64,000 nucleotides of DNA from Octopus vulgaris (GCA_951406725.2 OX597815.1:32116001-32180000), one strand, 5' to 3'; shown: positions 24,120-37,947, numbered from the stretch's first letter. Made by a program: numbers and translations. Notes: generated by a model from the letters alone, not told the origin.

Positions 24120-25125
24120 ATATTCATTTCAAAATGAAAAAAACAGTTAGTTCGAAAGATATATTGTGTGAGTTCAAAATGGAATGCAAATCAGTGGAAA
24201 TAATAACAAACGGATATATGGCTGGGTGACCATCAACGAACGAACTGCTTAACATTGGTTCCAAAAAACTTTCGTAGTGGAGATGAAGATATAGAAGGCC
24301 GTGGACAATATTTATGATTGACAACAACCAAATAAGGACATTTATTGAAGCAGACGTTCGCGAAACAACTCGAGCGATTTCAGAAAAACTAGACATAGGC
24401 ATTTCAGCAGTTATTCGAAATTTGCACCATACTGGAAATTCAAAATAAGCTCAACAAATAACTGCCGTACGCGCTGAGCCCAAATTTTTTAAAAAGTTAT
24501 AAACTTAATTGTTGTTATGAAATCTGTTTTGTGCTCTTTTGCGCACCAAAAAGCGATCTATTTCTTGTTTATTTGTTGCGAAACAATAAATTTTACATGC
24601 CAACTGACATCGTTGTGTGCAGTGACTGGACCAAAATGTAGCACCAAAGCACTTTCTCAACCCGAAGTTGTATGAAAAGGAAGTCAAAGCTACAATTTTC
24701 TGATCGGCAAGTGGAATCAATCAGTTATTACGCTTTCTTAAATTCTTACGAAACTCTCAGAGCAGAAAAATATTGTCGAACAAAATGCACCAAGAATTTC
24801 AATGCTTACGTCCAACATTGGTCAGACTAAAGAAACTAATTCTTCTTCATGACGACACCTGAATTCATTACCACGCAAATGACTCTGCAGAAATTCAACC
24901 AACTGGATAACCAATCTCTACCTCACGCAGCTTCCTTACTCACTAATTGTCATATTTTCTAGCATCTCCGTAACATACTACAACAAAAACATCTTCAACA
25001 ATCAAGCAGCTGCTGAAAACGCATTCGAGAAATTCCTCCATTACAGGATGCAAGAATTCTTTGCTACAGCGATGAATTAACTTGCGTTTTTGCTGACAAT
25101 TTTTGTAGATTCTAAATATTATTTC
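24120..25125 (+). mobile_element. Decayed mariner transposase
   Basis: Remnants in order of TTR.I.EKL, (W)xPYAL, DEK/ILxxN-like, LLHDD, and HxA...TxxHIF motifs; many stops and frameshifts. Confidence 0.7.
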
Positions 25126-25274
25126 GTTCTATAAAATTTACACTGGGCTAAGAAATATTGCTTTAAGGTTGGCAGTAAACACCGTAAATATATTTTCACC
25201 AAATTAAAAAATTGTTTTACATACACAGTATGCATAATGTTCATTGAAAAAAATATCAATGAAAGATATACTAT

Positions 25275-25317
<43 letters not shown>

Positions 25318-25742
25318 TATATATATACACATATACACATATAGATACATACATGCATACACACTTGGCTGATCTAGAAACGTACGTTCTCAAATAATCT
25401 TTGCACTTGTGATTTTTTAATGTTTTTACCCCCATACCTTCGTGGGTTATTTTGAGTAAACACTATCTGAGAGAAATTTTCTTTAAGTATTAGAAATCGC
25501 TAAAAAATCTTTTTTTTGGCTGCTATTTCTAATGAGTTCAGTATGTGGCAAAGTAATTTGTTTTACTAAGCCCTTTTATACAATGTAATATTCTGAATTC
25601 GCCTTAAATGGTCCCTTTACATACTGAATACTTGGTGAAATTGATTAATAACTAATTAATTTTACCCTCAATTGTTGAAATATATATATATATATATATA
25701 CATATATACATATACATACATGCATACACACACATACATATA

Positions 25743-25798
<56 letters not shown>

Positions 25799-26438
25799 CA
25801 AGTGTGTGTTTTGTTGTTACCCTCCTTATTTTTGTTGTTTATTTCCGCAGGTATATTAAACAACATTTAGCGATTCTTGTATCTGCAGTGTATCAAGATA
25901 TCTGCTGTTGTACACAGAAGATATTGATTATACGGCAGAGTGTTATAGGTGTTGAAGTGATGCTGTGATTATGCTTAACCTTCCGTATTCATGTATATTC
26001 TATTATGTCATTGGAGATGAAGAAAATAATGGTTTCTTATGCCTCGATAGAAAGCCAACTTTTTTAGAAATGGGTTATAGTATATAGTATAAGGTATTAT
26101 TGTTATTTCTTTTATCAAATCCAAGCGAATGAAAGACTTAAAGAACCTACAGTGGAAGCCGGAATTGTATACATTGAATCATTTATCTTGCTGCATTGCG
26201 ATTCTATCAAATTATTATTCCTTCTTGAGAGATTTTATAACAGAATATTCTAGTCGTACATCTTTCCACTATCGATATTCACACTCATACATACACAGAC
26301 ATACACACATTTAGGAAACATACTTCACATTCTTTATCTTTCGCTAAGTTACTCGAGAGCTTATATATTTAATTATATACATACATGCATACACGCACAT
26401 GCATGTACATATGTACATATATATATATATATATGTAC

Positions 26439-26490
<52 letters not shown>

Positions 26491-26509
26491 TATATATACA
26501 CACACACAC

Positions 26510-26546
<37 letters not shown>

Positions 26547-26549
26547 TAT

Positions 26550-26627
<78 letters not shown>

Positions 26628-26664
26628 TATATACATATATATATGTACATATATACAAATATAT

Positions 26665-27566
26665 AACTTAGAATAACTTAGAAAGGTTTGGGCCAGTATT
26701 GGCCCAGGCCATGTCTAACTTAATAGCGCCACCTGGTGAAGTCTTCCAATTCAGGATTTGGGCACCAAGGCCCATTCCAGCAGAGAGTTATTGTTTGCGG
26801 AGACATATCCGGGTGTGGGTGGTTTGTCCGGGACTGTTTGAAGGAATTTGTCCAAAGACTTCTTGAATTTTGTGTGGTCAGTTTCTGTTTTGACGTGTCC
26901 TGGTGTAATGTTGAAGAGAGCGGGTCCCATTGAGGTGAAATAATTGTGCCGTATTGTTGTTATGAGATGCGATTTAGATTTTTGTTGTGGATGGATGGCA
27001 TGGGGTCCAAGCCTTGGATATATTTTGAAGGTGATATCAACATCATTTGGACAGTGCTGATGGAATATTTTCCACATCATACAGATAATTTAGCGTTCAC
27101 GGCGTCGTTGGAGTGAATACAGTTTCAGCTTTTCCAGTCGACCCCAGTAGTCGAGGTCTTACATGCCATCTATCTTTTTCGTGATTGACCTTTGGGGAGC
27201 TTCAACTTCCATAATATTCCGTTTCGTGTAGGAAGACCACAGTGGACAGCAGTATTCAAGGTGAGGTCGGGCAAAAGTGAAGAAGAGAAGGATAATGGTG
27301 TGGGAATCTCTCGACTGGAGGGTTCTGAGAATCCAGGAACACATTCTGCGGGCCATGTCAACTTTGCTGCTTATATGTGTAGCCTAGCTTATGTTGTTGT
27401 CCACAGTTACTCCCAAGTCTCTGATGTTGTTAGACGCCATGAGAATTTCACCAGAAGGAAGTGAGTATGGGAGTTTCAGAACGTCCTCCCTTCCAAAGTG
27501 GATCAATTCGAATTTGTCTTCGTTTAGCAACATGTTGTTCTTTTCCGCCCATTGGACAGCAGCCAG
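26665..27566 (-). mobile_element. CR1/L2-type LINE, 5'-truncated RT C-terminus plus 3' end
   Basis: [47 protein letters not shown]; 3' stem-loop and (TTCTAAGTTA) tail. Confidence 0.9.
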
Positions 27567-27617
27567 TATATATATATATATGTGCATATATATATATATA
27601 TATATATGCACATATAT

Positions 27618-27656
<39 letters not shown>

Positions 27657-27751
27657 ATCTATATATATATACATATAAACACACACACAACACACATATA
27701 TATATATATATATAATCTATATATATATATATACATATAAACACACACACA

Positions 27752-27809
<58 letters not shown>

Positions 27810-28148
27810 TTATTTATTTATGCTAATTGGAGGCGCACTAAGCAAGGTTGAATGAAATGTGTGTTTGTACAAATATATTTAACACGTTCGTGCCCTCTTG
27901 GACGTGGAAAGACAATACGCTGTAAAAATTGTCTCGAGAGAAACAAAATTGTTTTCATAGACAACCTATGTGTAAAATACACATCTATATTTCGTTCAAC
28001 GCTGCTTAGTGCCTCTCTTATTAATTAGTGCCAGCTTGACAAAGCATGGCGTGCATCTGCAAATTTATCATTTGCTGTTGCAATATAAGAACAACAAGTT
28101 CTTTGTGGCAACAAGTTCTTTGTGGCTATGAACAACAGGTTAGAATCT

Positions 28149-28191
28149 GTAGCTGATGAAGCATAACAACGCAGAAATGCATGCGTCCTAT
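28149..28191 (+). ncRNA. Degenerate minimal hammerhead motif
   Basis: GTAG-CTGATGA-AGC(ATAACAAC)GCA-GAAA-TGCATGCG-TC-CTAT; helix II weak, with an A.A pair at its base. Confidence 0.45.
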
Positions 28192-28249
28192 TGTCTGATA
28201 ACGTCAGCCATGTCCCAGTGATGTATGTTTTACACATATTGTCCTTAGG

Positions 28250-28560
28250 GAGATCTTTTCCTCTCGGAACCGTTTTTTCAGTATTTTGTCTTTCTATGTC
28301 CGTGTGTACATGAACATTTCAAAGACAAAAAGCATTAGAGATAAACTGTCCCCTTGGAATATTATTTGATGCTAGCTTAATTCTGAGGGTAACTAACGTA
28401 GTAGCTTCAGTTCTTATCGATAGTTCTGCGAATGGACCTTGTTGTTTTCAGTCTTTTAATGGTATCGATAACGGCGGTAGGAATCTTGGAAAGACTTAGT
28501 AACTCTAGTCTCTAAGGGTATGGAATGGAGTCACTACCTTCTTACATTATAGCCATACAA
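28250..28560 (-). mobile_element. Possible highly decayed Helitron helicase fragment
   Basis: Scattered remnants YP..ELLSL, LPP..I.LK, LV.LRIKLA, RGQF...AF in the expected order. Confidence 0.35.
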
Positions 28561-28626
28561 TCAACAGATGTATGTGTATGTGTACATATATATGTAGGTA
28601 TCTGTGTATGCATGTACGCATGTATG

Positions 28627-28725
<99 letters not shown>

Positions 28726-28895
28726 ATATATATATATATATAAATAAATATAAGAGAATGGTCACTATGTGGCTCATTCTAGCACTAGAAAATCCAAAAG
28801 GTTTCAACCACAAAAATACATGTTTCCCGTGAAAGTCAGTACGATTGTTAGCTCATACGAACAGGGCAAATAAAAAATAACAAAAATACAGATTA

Positions 28896-28976
28896 TTTTG
28901 GGACAATTGTTTCGCTATTAATGAATTAAATGTAATTTTACTTACAAAAAACCCACTTGTAGCTCCTCGGCCAAAA
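28896..28976 (-). ncRNA. Hammerhead motif (U4C variant), left arm
   Basis: Exact mirror of 29169-29249. Confidence 0.7.
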
Positions 28977-29168
28977 CTATCTGGATGAAATCCACTCAAT
29001 CACACGCCAGATTTTACCATAACGATAAATACACGTTTCCATGAAAGTTTGGCGCGCTGTTAGTAGGGGCATTTGAATTATAACGTCGGATGTAATCAAT
29101 TGAACCACACGTGTATTTATCGTTATGGTAAAATCTGGCGTGTGATTGAGTGGATTTCATCCAGATAG

Positions 29169-29249
29169 TTTTGGCCGAGGAGCTACAAGTGGGTTTTTTG
29201 TAAGTAAAATTACATTTAATTCATTAATAGCGAAACAATTGTCCCAAAA
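29169..29249 (+). ncRNA. Hammerhead motif (U4C variant), right arm
   Basis: TTTTGG-CCGAGGA-GCTA...TAGC-GAAA-CAATTG-TC-CCAAAA; GUC at 29241-29243. Confidence 0.7.
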
Positions 29250-29523
29250 TAATCTGTATTTTTGTTATTTTTTATTTGCTCTGTTCGTATGAGCTAACAA
29301 TCGTACTGACTTTCACGGGAAACATGTATTTTTGTGGTTGAAACCTTTTGGATTTTCTAGTGCTAGAATGAGCCACATAGTGACCATTCTCTTATATTTA
29401 TTTTTGTATAAAATATTATAATATATAATAAAATATTATAATAATCCAGGTTTCTCGAAGCACTGGGCCACTTGGTGTTGAATAGATATACTATTAAATT
29501 AGTATCTAATTCTCTCACCCTTA

Positions 29524-29602
<79 letters not shown>

Positions 29603-30259
29603 TGTTTGTATGTATGTATGTATGTATGTATGTATGTATGTATGTATGTGTATGTGCAATATAACACACACACAAACACACATACACACACTCCCATATA
29701 AAAATACACACGCATCCACACATAAAACACACACACAAACACACACTTGCATGTCGAGAACGGAATTCATTTTGTCATAATTCTATTTATGCTTTCTTTA
29801 CTGTTTTATCTCTTTTATAGTTTTTTCTTTTGTATTTTTTCAAAGAATGACATTTTTTCCACTTCGAATTTTCAAGCTTTTTCCCAAGGAATGGGTATTT
29901 CAACAATAAATAAATATAAATAAATAATTTTTTTTTCTTCTCAAAATATTTCTTCTCACAAGAGTATTTTTTAGAGATGTCTAATCTAGTTTAAGTCACA
30001 CGGTTTATCCTAGTAATACCTCTATTCATTGAAGACTTTCAGTAAAAATAACCATATATGAAATAAGAAGACGAATATTATTGATAAAACGGAAGAAGAA
30101 ATCTGCTGTATGGTATCAGGTGACGTGTTTCCCAGCAACATGTCTCCAATACGTCACATTTAAAAATAGGCCAGAAATGATGGTGTAAACAGTAACCATT
30201 TGAGCTAGATCTTTTATGAATATTTTTTTTTTGCTGGTTTTCTTTGACCATTTTTGTAA

Positions 30260-30450
30260 CCGACTTAATCCCTTTGTCTGTCCTTGTTTGTCTCCTCTGT
30301 GTTTAGCCCCTTGTGGGTAGTAAAGAAATAGGTACTTAATTTATCGACCCCGAAAGGATGAAAGGCAAAGTCATCCTCGACGGAATTTGAACACAGAACG
30401 TAGCGACGGGCGAAATACGGCTACGCATTTCGCCCGGCCAGTTCACCGCC
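30260..30450. mobile_element. SINE family B fragments (3' tail on +, body on -)
   Basis: CGACTTAATCCC...AAAGAAATAGG joined to the reverse-complement body. Confidence 0.7.
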
Positions 30451-30576
30451 ATAGTATCATGATCACGAGCTGAACACCTAAACCACTAGAGCACGTGCCG
30501 TCACTAGTACGTAGTATCTGAAGAGAAATAAGGCTGTTGTCTCGAGTAAGTCATTGATGCACTTCTTATGGAAAGT

Positions 30577-30966
30577 GTGGAGGCGCAATGGCCCAGTGGT
30601 TAGGGCAGCGGACTCGCGGTCATAGGATCGCGGTTTCGATTCCCAGACCGGGTGTTGTGAGTGTTTATTGAGCGAAAACACCTAAAGCTCCACGAGGCTC
30701 CGGCAGCGGATGGTGGTGATCCCTGCTGTACTCTTTCACCACAACTTTCTCTCACTCTTACTTCTTGTTTCTGTTGTACCTGTATTTCAAAGGGCCAGCC
30801 TTGTCACTCTCTGTGTCACGCTGAATCTCCCCGAGAACTACGTTAAGGGTACACGTGTCTGTGGAGTGCTCAGCCACTTACACGTTAATTTCACGAGCAG
30901 GCTGTTCCGTTGATTCGGATCAACCGGAACCCTCGTCGTCGTAACCGACGGAGTGCTTCCTCCCCC
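30577..30966 (+). mobile_element. SINE family C (tRNA-derived), full length, 13-bp TSD
   Basis: TGGCCCAGTGG A-box, GGTTTCGATTCCC B-box; TCTTATGGAAAGT at 30564-30576 and 30967-30979; second copy at 51097. Confidence 0.92.
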
Positions 30967-31139
30967 TCTTATGGAAAGTAGAAAATAGGTGGCGCTGTTA
31001 ATATCTTTGTTGTGCAAGATTTTTTTATGTGAAGTCGTGTGTTGAAACAGATATTGTTATATTTCGGAATGGTCATTTATTGGCTAAACTGGCAAAATGA
31101 CCATTCCGAAATATATCAATAGCTGTTAATATCTTTTAT

Positions 31140-31480
31140 ATTTTATTTGTTTCAGTCACTGAACCACGGCCATTCAGGGTCACTATCTTGAAGTGTTTAG
31201 TGGAACAAATCAGTACTTATTCTATCATTCTCTTTTGTTGACACCACTAAGTTACAGAAACGTAAACAAACCAACACCGTTTGACAAGTGGTGAAGGGAC
31301 AATCGCAAAGGTACACACGCATGTACACATTCACACAAACACACACGACAGGCTTCCACACAATTTCCATTTACCAAATTCATTGATAAGGAAGTGGACG
31401 GATCGAGGTAATCGTAGAAGACACTTGCTCAAAACGCCAAGCACTAGGACTGAACCTGGAGCTTCCTAACCACACAACCG
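31140..31480 (-). mobile_element. SINE family A, old copy
   Basis: Diverged tail and head motifs (AGAAGACACTTGCTCAA, GGACTGAACC). Confidence 0.65.
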
Positions 31481-31650
31481 GAAATGCTTTCAAAAGACTG
31501 TTTTAAAGTTAACACTTCAATTTAAATATACAGAGAAGCTATCGTTTACCTGCGCCTATGATATATACATACATGCATACATGCATACATACATACATAC
31601 ATACATACATACATACATACATACATACATACATACATACATACACACAC

Positions 31651-31706
<56 letters not shown>

Positions 31707-31737
31707 ATATATATATATACATATATATATAACAGAT

Positions 31738-31799
<62 letters not shown>

Positions 31800-31804
<5 letters not shown>

Positions 31805-32020
31805 TGTGTGTGTGAGTCTTTGTGTCTTGCCCTTCTCCGCCATTGTTTGACAACCAGTGCTGATGTTTTTGCGTTCCCGTAACTTAGCGGTTCGGCAAAA
31901 GAAACCGATAGCATAAGTACCTGGCTTTAAAAAAATAAGTGCTCGGATCCATGCATTCTAAAAATTCTTCAAGCCGGTGCCCCAGCACAGCCATTGTCTC
32001 ATAACTGAAACAAGTAAAAG
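31800..32020 (+). mobile_element. SINE family A, 3' half
   Basis: CCGTAACTTAGCGGTTCGGCAAAA...CTGAAACAAGTAAAAG. Confidence 0.8.
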
Positions 32021-32024
32021 ATAT

Positions 32025-32252
32025 ATATATTTCTTTACTACCCACAAGGGGCTAAACATAGAGGGGACAAACAAAGGGATTAAGTCGATTATATCGACCC
32101 CAGTGCGTAACTGGTACTTAATTTATCGACCCCGAAAGGATGAAAAACAAAGTCGACCTCGGCGGAATTTGAACCCAGAACACGTGACAGCAGACGAAAT
32201 ACAGCTACGCATTTCGCCCTGCGTGCTAACGATTCTGCCAGCTCGCCGCCTT
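32025..32252 (-). mobile_element. SINE family B, full length
   Basis: Reverse complement of 23372-23603. Confidence 0.88.
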
Positions 32253-33089
32253 AATAGATATATATATAATCTGAATCCACATGTTTGTGGAGTGAACTGC
32301 TTTAATCACACACCCTTTCCAGATTCACAGTTGTCGCATAAATGTCTCATAAATGTTATAACAGGATTTTCCAGAAAAGAATACACTGCGAAAATTGATT
32401 TTTTTTCCCCGTTGTTTACGTCTTTAAAGTGTGGTGAATACTGCATTGTTTAGTGAAGATGTGCACTTTCCAGACAAGCAAGTGACCTATGTTCCACCAC
32501 AACTAAATGTATGGCAACATATTTCAACTCATATTCTGTGAGATTGTACTTCAATGTTTTAACTGCGCTTGTCTATTTTGCCTCTAGAAATCACTATTTA
32601 TTGATTCTCACTTTGTCATGGACAGAATATTTGAAAGGAAGACGTATATTCGATTGAATCGACCCTTCCCCTAGGCAAGCAGACAAAACCACAAACATAT
32701 AATACATTAAACACACAATGAAAAGCTTTTGTTGATAAGAGAAATGTAATAATCTAAGATATTCGATATATTTATTAACCAGCAGTGAGTTTTCCTATGA
32801 TTTAAATAGGTTCGTGTTTCATCGAAAGATGCTTATCGGCCGTAACTAGGTTTAGACTTTATTTTCATGGTTCTATCCAAAGTGGTTAGATATATCGATT
32901 TCTTATCCCGTAAAAGTCAATATTTTACTGATATCGAGTCCGAAGATATGGGAATCAAACACAACACTAGTTCGATTTGATCTTGGAACTCAGAGAGATG
33001 AAACCCATTACTAAAATGTAGTTTATTCCACAATCTCATTCAATTCCAATATTGCAGATAATGGCCTATTTTTTTATGCCGTTCTCTTT

Positions 33090-34110
33090 ACGCAGTTTTC
33101 TATGATCTTGTCAAGGCTTTCGATTCTGTACCACGTAAAACTGAGGAAGGTTTGGAATGTTTCGGATGTTCGAGTTGCTGTTCCATTCTTCCTCACCGAA
33201 ACGATTGTTAAACAGAGGGATGTTCTCCCCACTCACTTTCTTTTGTACATGAATGACCTACATGCCACCATATCCAACAATACACACACTCACGTAGAAG
33301 ACAAGATCCTTTATTTCTCGCTAATCTTCCCCAATTGTGAATCATCTGAACTTAGATGCCATACGACAAACCTATATCGATTCCAGAAACAGAGACCTTA
33401 AGAACATCTTCTAGAGAGGCCAAGCCAATCTTGTCTCTTAACAACAACAAAAAACTCGAGTACTATGTATATTTTTAAAAAAAAACAATGTACTATACCT
33501 TCTCTAAATAGGGACTCAGAATAATGATGCTCAATATCATAATGTATTTTGTGCTACAGTCTCACTCACTTGCACCGCTCAAAAACTGAACTTGTCAAAG
33601 GCTTTCTATCTGCTACCACATGATACTTTGTGGAAGGTTTTGAACGTTTCAAATGCTGGCCTTCGCTATCACCGAGTATTTCTGCAGATGTTGACCAGCA
33701 GCAGTTTAAATGGAACATTAAGGGCCTCAATTTCACCAGTCTCGAAGAGCTTGTAAGGGTACGAGATATATTTCTTACTTCAAACTCTCTATTTTGCAAC
33801 TATGTCACAATTAGTTCTACAAATCCCAGCTGGAATTTTATCTAATATCATTATGACGGGAGTATTTTCAATCTTCGGAGACAAAAGTACTGAAAGGTCC
33901 AATTTCTACACTTCTGAGCTTCAGTTTCTTAATGACAGCACCGTCGGAGAGCAATCAGGAAGATCTACAGTCCACTTCAAACATATTTGTGAAAACTTAT
34001 TAAAGTTTTAGGTTAGTGAGTAATATCACAGAAACGGGAATTTTGGTACAAATTCCATCTGGAACAGAAACTCCTCCTTTTCAAATACAAATTTAGGACC
34101 ATCTTTTTGA
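33090..34110 (+). mobile_element. Highly decayed LINE reverse transcriptase
   Basis: DLVKAFDSV at ~33104 and Q.DVLPTHFLLYMNDL at ~33213; the 3' extent is uncertain. Confidence 0.6.
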
Positions 34111-34130
34111 ACAAGTTCTTATATTATTGC

Positions 34131-34390
34131 AGGTGGAGGTGCGTGGCTTAGTGATTAGGGTGTCAGTATCATGATCGTAGGATTGTGGTTTCGATTCCTT
34201 GGCCGGGCGACGCGCTGTGTTCTTGAGCAAAATACTTCATTTCACGTTGCTCCAGTCCAATCAGCTGGCAAAAATGAGTAACGCTGCTATGGACTGGCGT
34301 CCCGTCCAGCTGAGGAACACATACGCCATTGAAACCGGGAAACCGGGCCCATAAGCCTGGCTAGGCTTTAAAAAGGCGCATTTATTTTTT
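34131..34390 (+). mobile_element. SINE family D (tRNA head plus CORE-like body)
   Basis: TGGCTTAGTG A-box, GGTTTCGATTCC B-box, TGTGTTCTTGAGCAA, ATGGACTGGCGTCCCGTCCAG. Confidence 0.85.
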
Positions 34391-35701
34391 ATTATATTGC
34401 TGCAGAGAATTACAGTGAAATTGTTTCAGTAACTCGGTCACAGTAAACTCGAGGAAAATTTCAGCACTAACAAATGTTTAAGTTAACAGACTTTATGTTG
34501 GTTTTGTGTTATTTATATGTCTTCCATACTGTAATTGTTTTACTTTCAACGCAGGGTAACAGAGCAAATCACTTTCGAAGCAAGTACATCTCCGAAATTA
34601 ACCAGTTCTGTTACCTGAAAAGTATCTACAATACAAATACAACTATATTCGATGAATTTTCAAATCGTGTTCATGCTGCCTTCGAAGAAACTGCAAAAGA
34701 GATTTCTGTTGCGACGGAATCAAGACATGCCCTAATATGATGGTTTATAAAACGGTTGTTCTGACAATTTTTTTGTATGAATTTGAAACCTGAAGGCCTT
34801 ATCGAAAGCATAAAACGCTTGGAACATTTCTTCCAGATAAAACTGCCAACCATCTTGCGCAAATGTTAGCAAGACCCTGCCATTTATAAGGAAATTTTTG
34901 CCAACAGCATCAAAATTGTGATGGACTAGCCACGATCAAAGATCTTCGGATCACTGACTGCCGAAGACGTGTATTAAAAAAAAATATATATATTTTTAAT
35001 AATATTTTTGTTGCTTTTGTAAAATCTCAGAAAATAATTAAAAATTCACATTTTTCGTCAAATTATTTTGTTATATTTGTCTATCTATCCAACTATAAAC
35101 ATTTTAATTGTTAATTGCAAGATCTAGTAGGAGCTTCGAGGTAATAGTAGAAGTCCAACGGAACATTAAATCGAAAATTAATTTAGTATTGGTGTTTCCT
35201 TGTGGACTCTTGATACATTTGAATTAATTTTATTTCATTGAAAGATCTATCGGCCATAACTATACTTACACAACACTTTCACAGATTGATACAAATTTAT
35301 TATATAGACCAGCGAAACAACGCCCTTCGGGCGGTTTTCTGTCAGTCGCTAAATAATATTTACATATGTGATTGTATAGCTTATTTCCTCTGCATTACTT
35401 TTCTATCAATAGTTATATTTGTACATTTTAATTTTATAATCATACAATTACAGATGTACGGAGATGGGAAATAATATTCTTTATCATATGAAATTCGATA
35501 ACAAAGACACTGGAAGTCTCAGCAAAGGAATTAAGTACCAGAAATATATAACAGATTTCATGTTATAGTCTTTATTAGGTACTACAACAGTCTACTATAA
35601 TGGTTATTCTTAAAAACATTATGTTCAACAATTAAATACTTTAGAGTCGAAAACAAATTAAGTAAATTAAAACCACTTTTCTTCTTCAGCTTTTTATTTC
35701 T

Positions 35702-35830
35702 TCATAGATAACACGTTCTTGGACTAACTTCTAGCTGTTTTGCAACGTCAGAAGCCTTCGAACGGGGTTCGTTTCCCACAATTCTCTTCAAACAGCGAAG
35801 CTTCCTTTCCGAGGGCCCAGATGCTGAAAT
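35702..35830 (-). mobile_element. Tc1 transposase fragment (second HTH region)
   Basis: SERKLRCLKRIV...ASDVAKQLEVSPRT; overlaps in homology with 37120-37165. Confidence 0.65.
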
Positions 35831-35924
35831 CAATATAATTTGATACTGGATTAAACTTGTAATTAGGAGAAAAACATTTATTGATATGTCTGAAGGTAGT
35901 AGCGCAATGAAGTGTATGAGAATA

Positions 35925-35967
<43 letters not shown>

Positions 35968-36109
35968 ATGAGAGAGAAAGAGGGAGAGAGGAGAGAGAGG
36001 GACAGGACAAAGAGGGAACTTTAATTATCTCGCAGTGTATTAAAATTAATTTCCTGTGGTTGAAATCTTTAATAATAAATGAAGTTTGAAAACTACATTT
36101 TAATGAATG

Positions 36110-36315
36110 TCCGTCGTGACTGACCGCTAGCCACTAAAGCTTTTTTAATTCTCTCTCTGTTTTATTTCTCGTGTTCCTTTCATTTGAAGAGCGTAGGCTC
36201 GAAATGTAAAAGACCGTCTCACCTTCTTGGGCGTTAAACTACATCTGTTTGTTGTTTACACACACGTCTTCGTCTTTTGTTTTTGTTTTTTTTTTTTTGT
36301 AAATTCCAACTATTT
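36110..36315 (+). mobile_element. Short pLTR-like repeat family H (degenerate hammerhead)
   Basis: Homologous to 50200-50408; GAAGAGCGTAGGCTCGAAATGTAAAAG. Confidence 0.7.
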
Positions 36316-36339
36316 ATACACAGACATGCAGGAAGTAAA

Positions 36340-37166
36340 TAAACACCTTTAATTTTCAAAATCATTTATTTAATACACAAAGCGAACAATTGAAATGTAA
36401 TCGATAGGTAGGACTACATACTTTAGTATTTAGCTGACATTCCCTTTGCAGTTTTTAATTCAGAAACTCTTTTTGATATTAAACTGATGAGCTTTGTGAT
36501 TGTCTCTTGTGGAACGTCTGCCCACTTTTCACGCAACAATCGAAACAATTCATTTTTAGATTTAGGTTTCTGTCGAGTTTTTCGTATAGCTCTATCTAGT
36601 ATGCTCCAAAGGTTTTCAGTTGGGTTCATGTCAGGAGATTGGTTCGGACAAGGAAGCTTTTTGATCCCATTTTCAGTCAGCCATTGTTGATTCCTTTTCG
36701 CTGTGTGGCATGGAGCCACATCTTCCATGAATAAAAACTCATTTTTCGTTATGTTATAGTGTGAATACATCGGAAGTAGTCGATGTATTTTTCAGAGTTT
36801 ATAGTTCCAACACATTCGATCAGCTCAGAACGACCATAGCTAGTGACAGCTCCCCATACCATTACAGAGATACGGCTATGTTTCACTGTTGGCTGGAGCG
36901 TTTCAAATCACATTCTTGATTTGAAACGCTCCAACCAAACTACGTCCACTGTCTGAAAATAATGCAAATCAGGATTCATCTGAGAAAATCACTCTATCCC
37001 AAAATTAACTGGATTTTTCGGACATCTCCTTAGCCCATTTCTTTCTTTTCATGATATTAATTGGTTGAAGGAGAGGTTTTTTTCTAGCAACTCGTCCTTA
37101 ATACCAAATCTTGCGCAGATATGTAACATACGTTCTTCGACTAACTTCTAGTTGTTTTGCAATGTC

Positions 37167-37170
<4 letters not shown>
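36340..37170 (-). mobile_element. Tc1-like transposase pseudogene
   Basis: VIFSDES, QPTVKH, FMEDVAPCH, SPDMNPTENLWS (DD34E motifs); frameshifted. Confidence 0.9.
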
Positions 37171-37520
<350 letters not shown>

Positions 37521-37947
37521 TTAAAATTAGAAATTTTAAGAATTTTCTTGACAGTGTAAATTTTAATAACTATTTTGTCTTTCTAAATGTTATACACTCC
37601 CAACTAATTAATAACAGCTTTCATAATTATAATATAAATATATCGATTTGTTATTTCGACATACAGCCAACGTTCTACTGGCATAGAGCCCTAAATATGA
37701 TGAGTAATTACGACACTAGTTCAGTTTGAGCTAATGTATTAAAATCTACAATTTCACCTACGTTCAGTACAAAATCTTAAGAATATCGTACTTTATTTGA
37801 GTAAGCGTAAAAGATTGTAATGGAGCAGCCAATAGCCACAACTAGGATTATGAAACCACATCGAAATCTTGGTTTAATTGGAGTTCACATTTTGCTTTAA
37901 GCTTCACTGTAACACAAGTATTGATATGTTACTTTTGTATGCAATTA

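Larger units (their letters stand above)
28742..29403. repeat. 295-bp inverted repeat with 72-bp spacer (probable inverted Penelope pLTR pair / foldback element)
   Basis: 28742-29036 versus 29109-29403; only one mismatch seen (28865 G / 29280 T). Confidence 0.95.

Noticed and set aside
25851-25968. Exon after strong acceptor TTATTTCCGCAG
   Set aside because: Short frame with no homology and no supporting exons.
30577-30650. tRNA gene (also 51097 and 34131)
   Set aside because: A/B boxes run into a SINE body with TSD; these are tRNA-derived heads.
33566-33799. Minus-strand exon with GTGAGT donor
   Set aside because: Overlaps a decayed plus-strand LINE; stops upstream.
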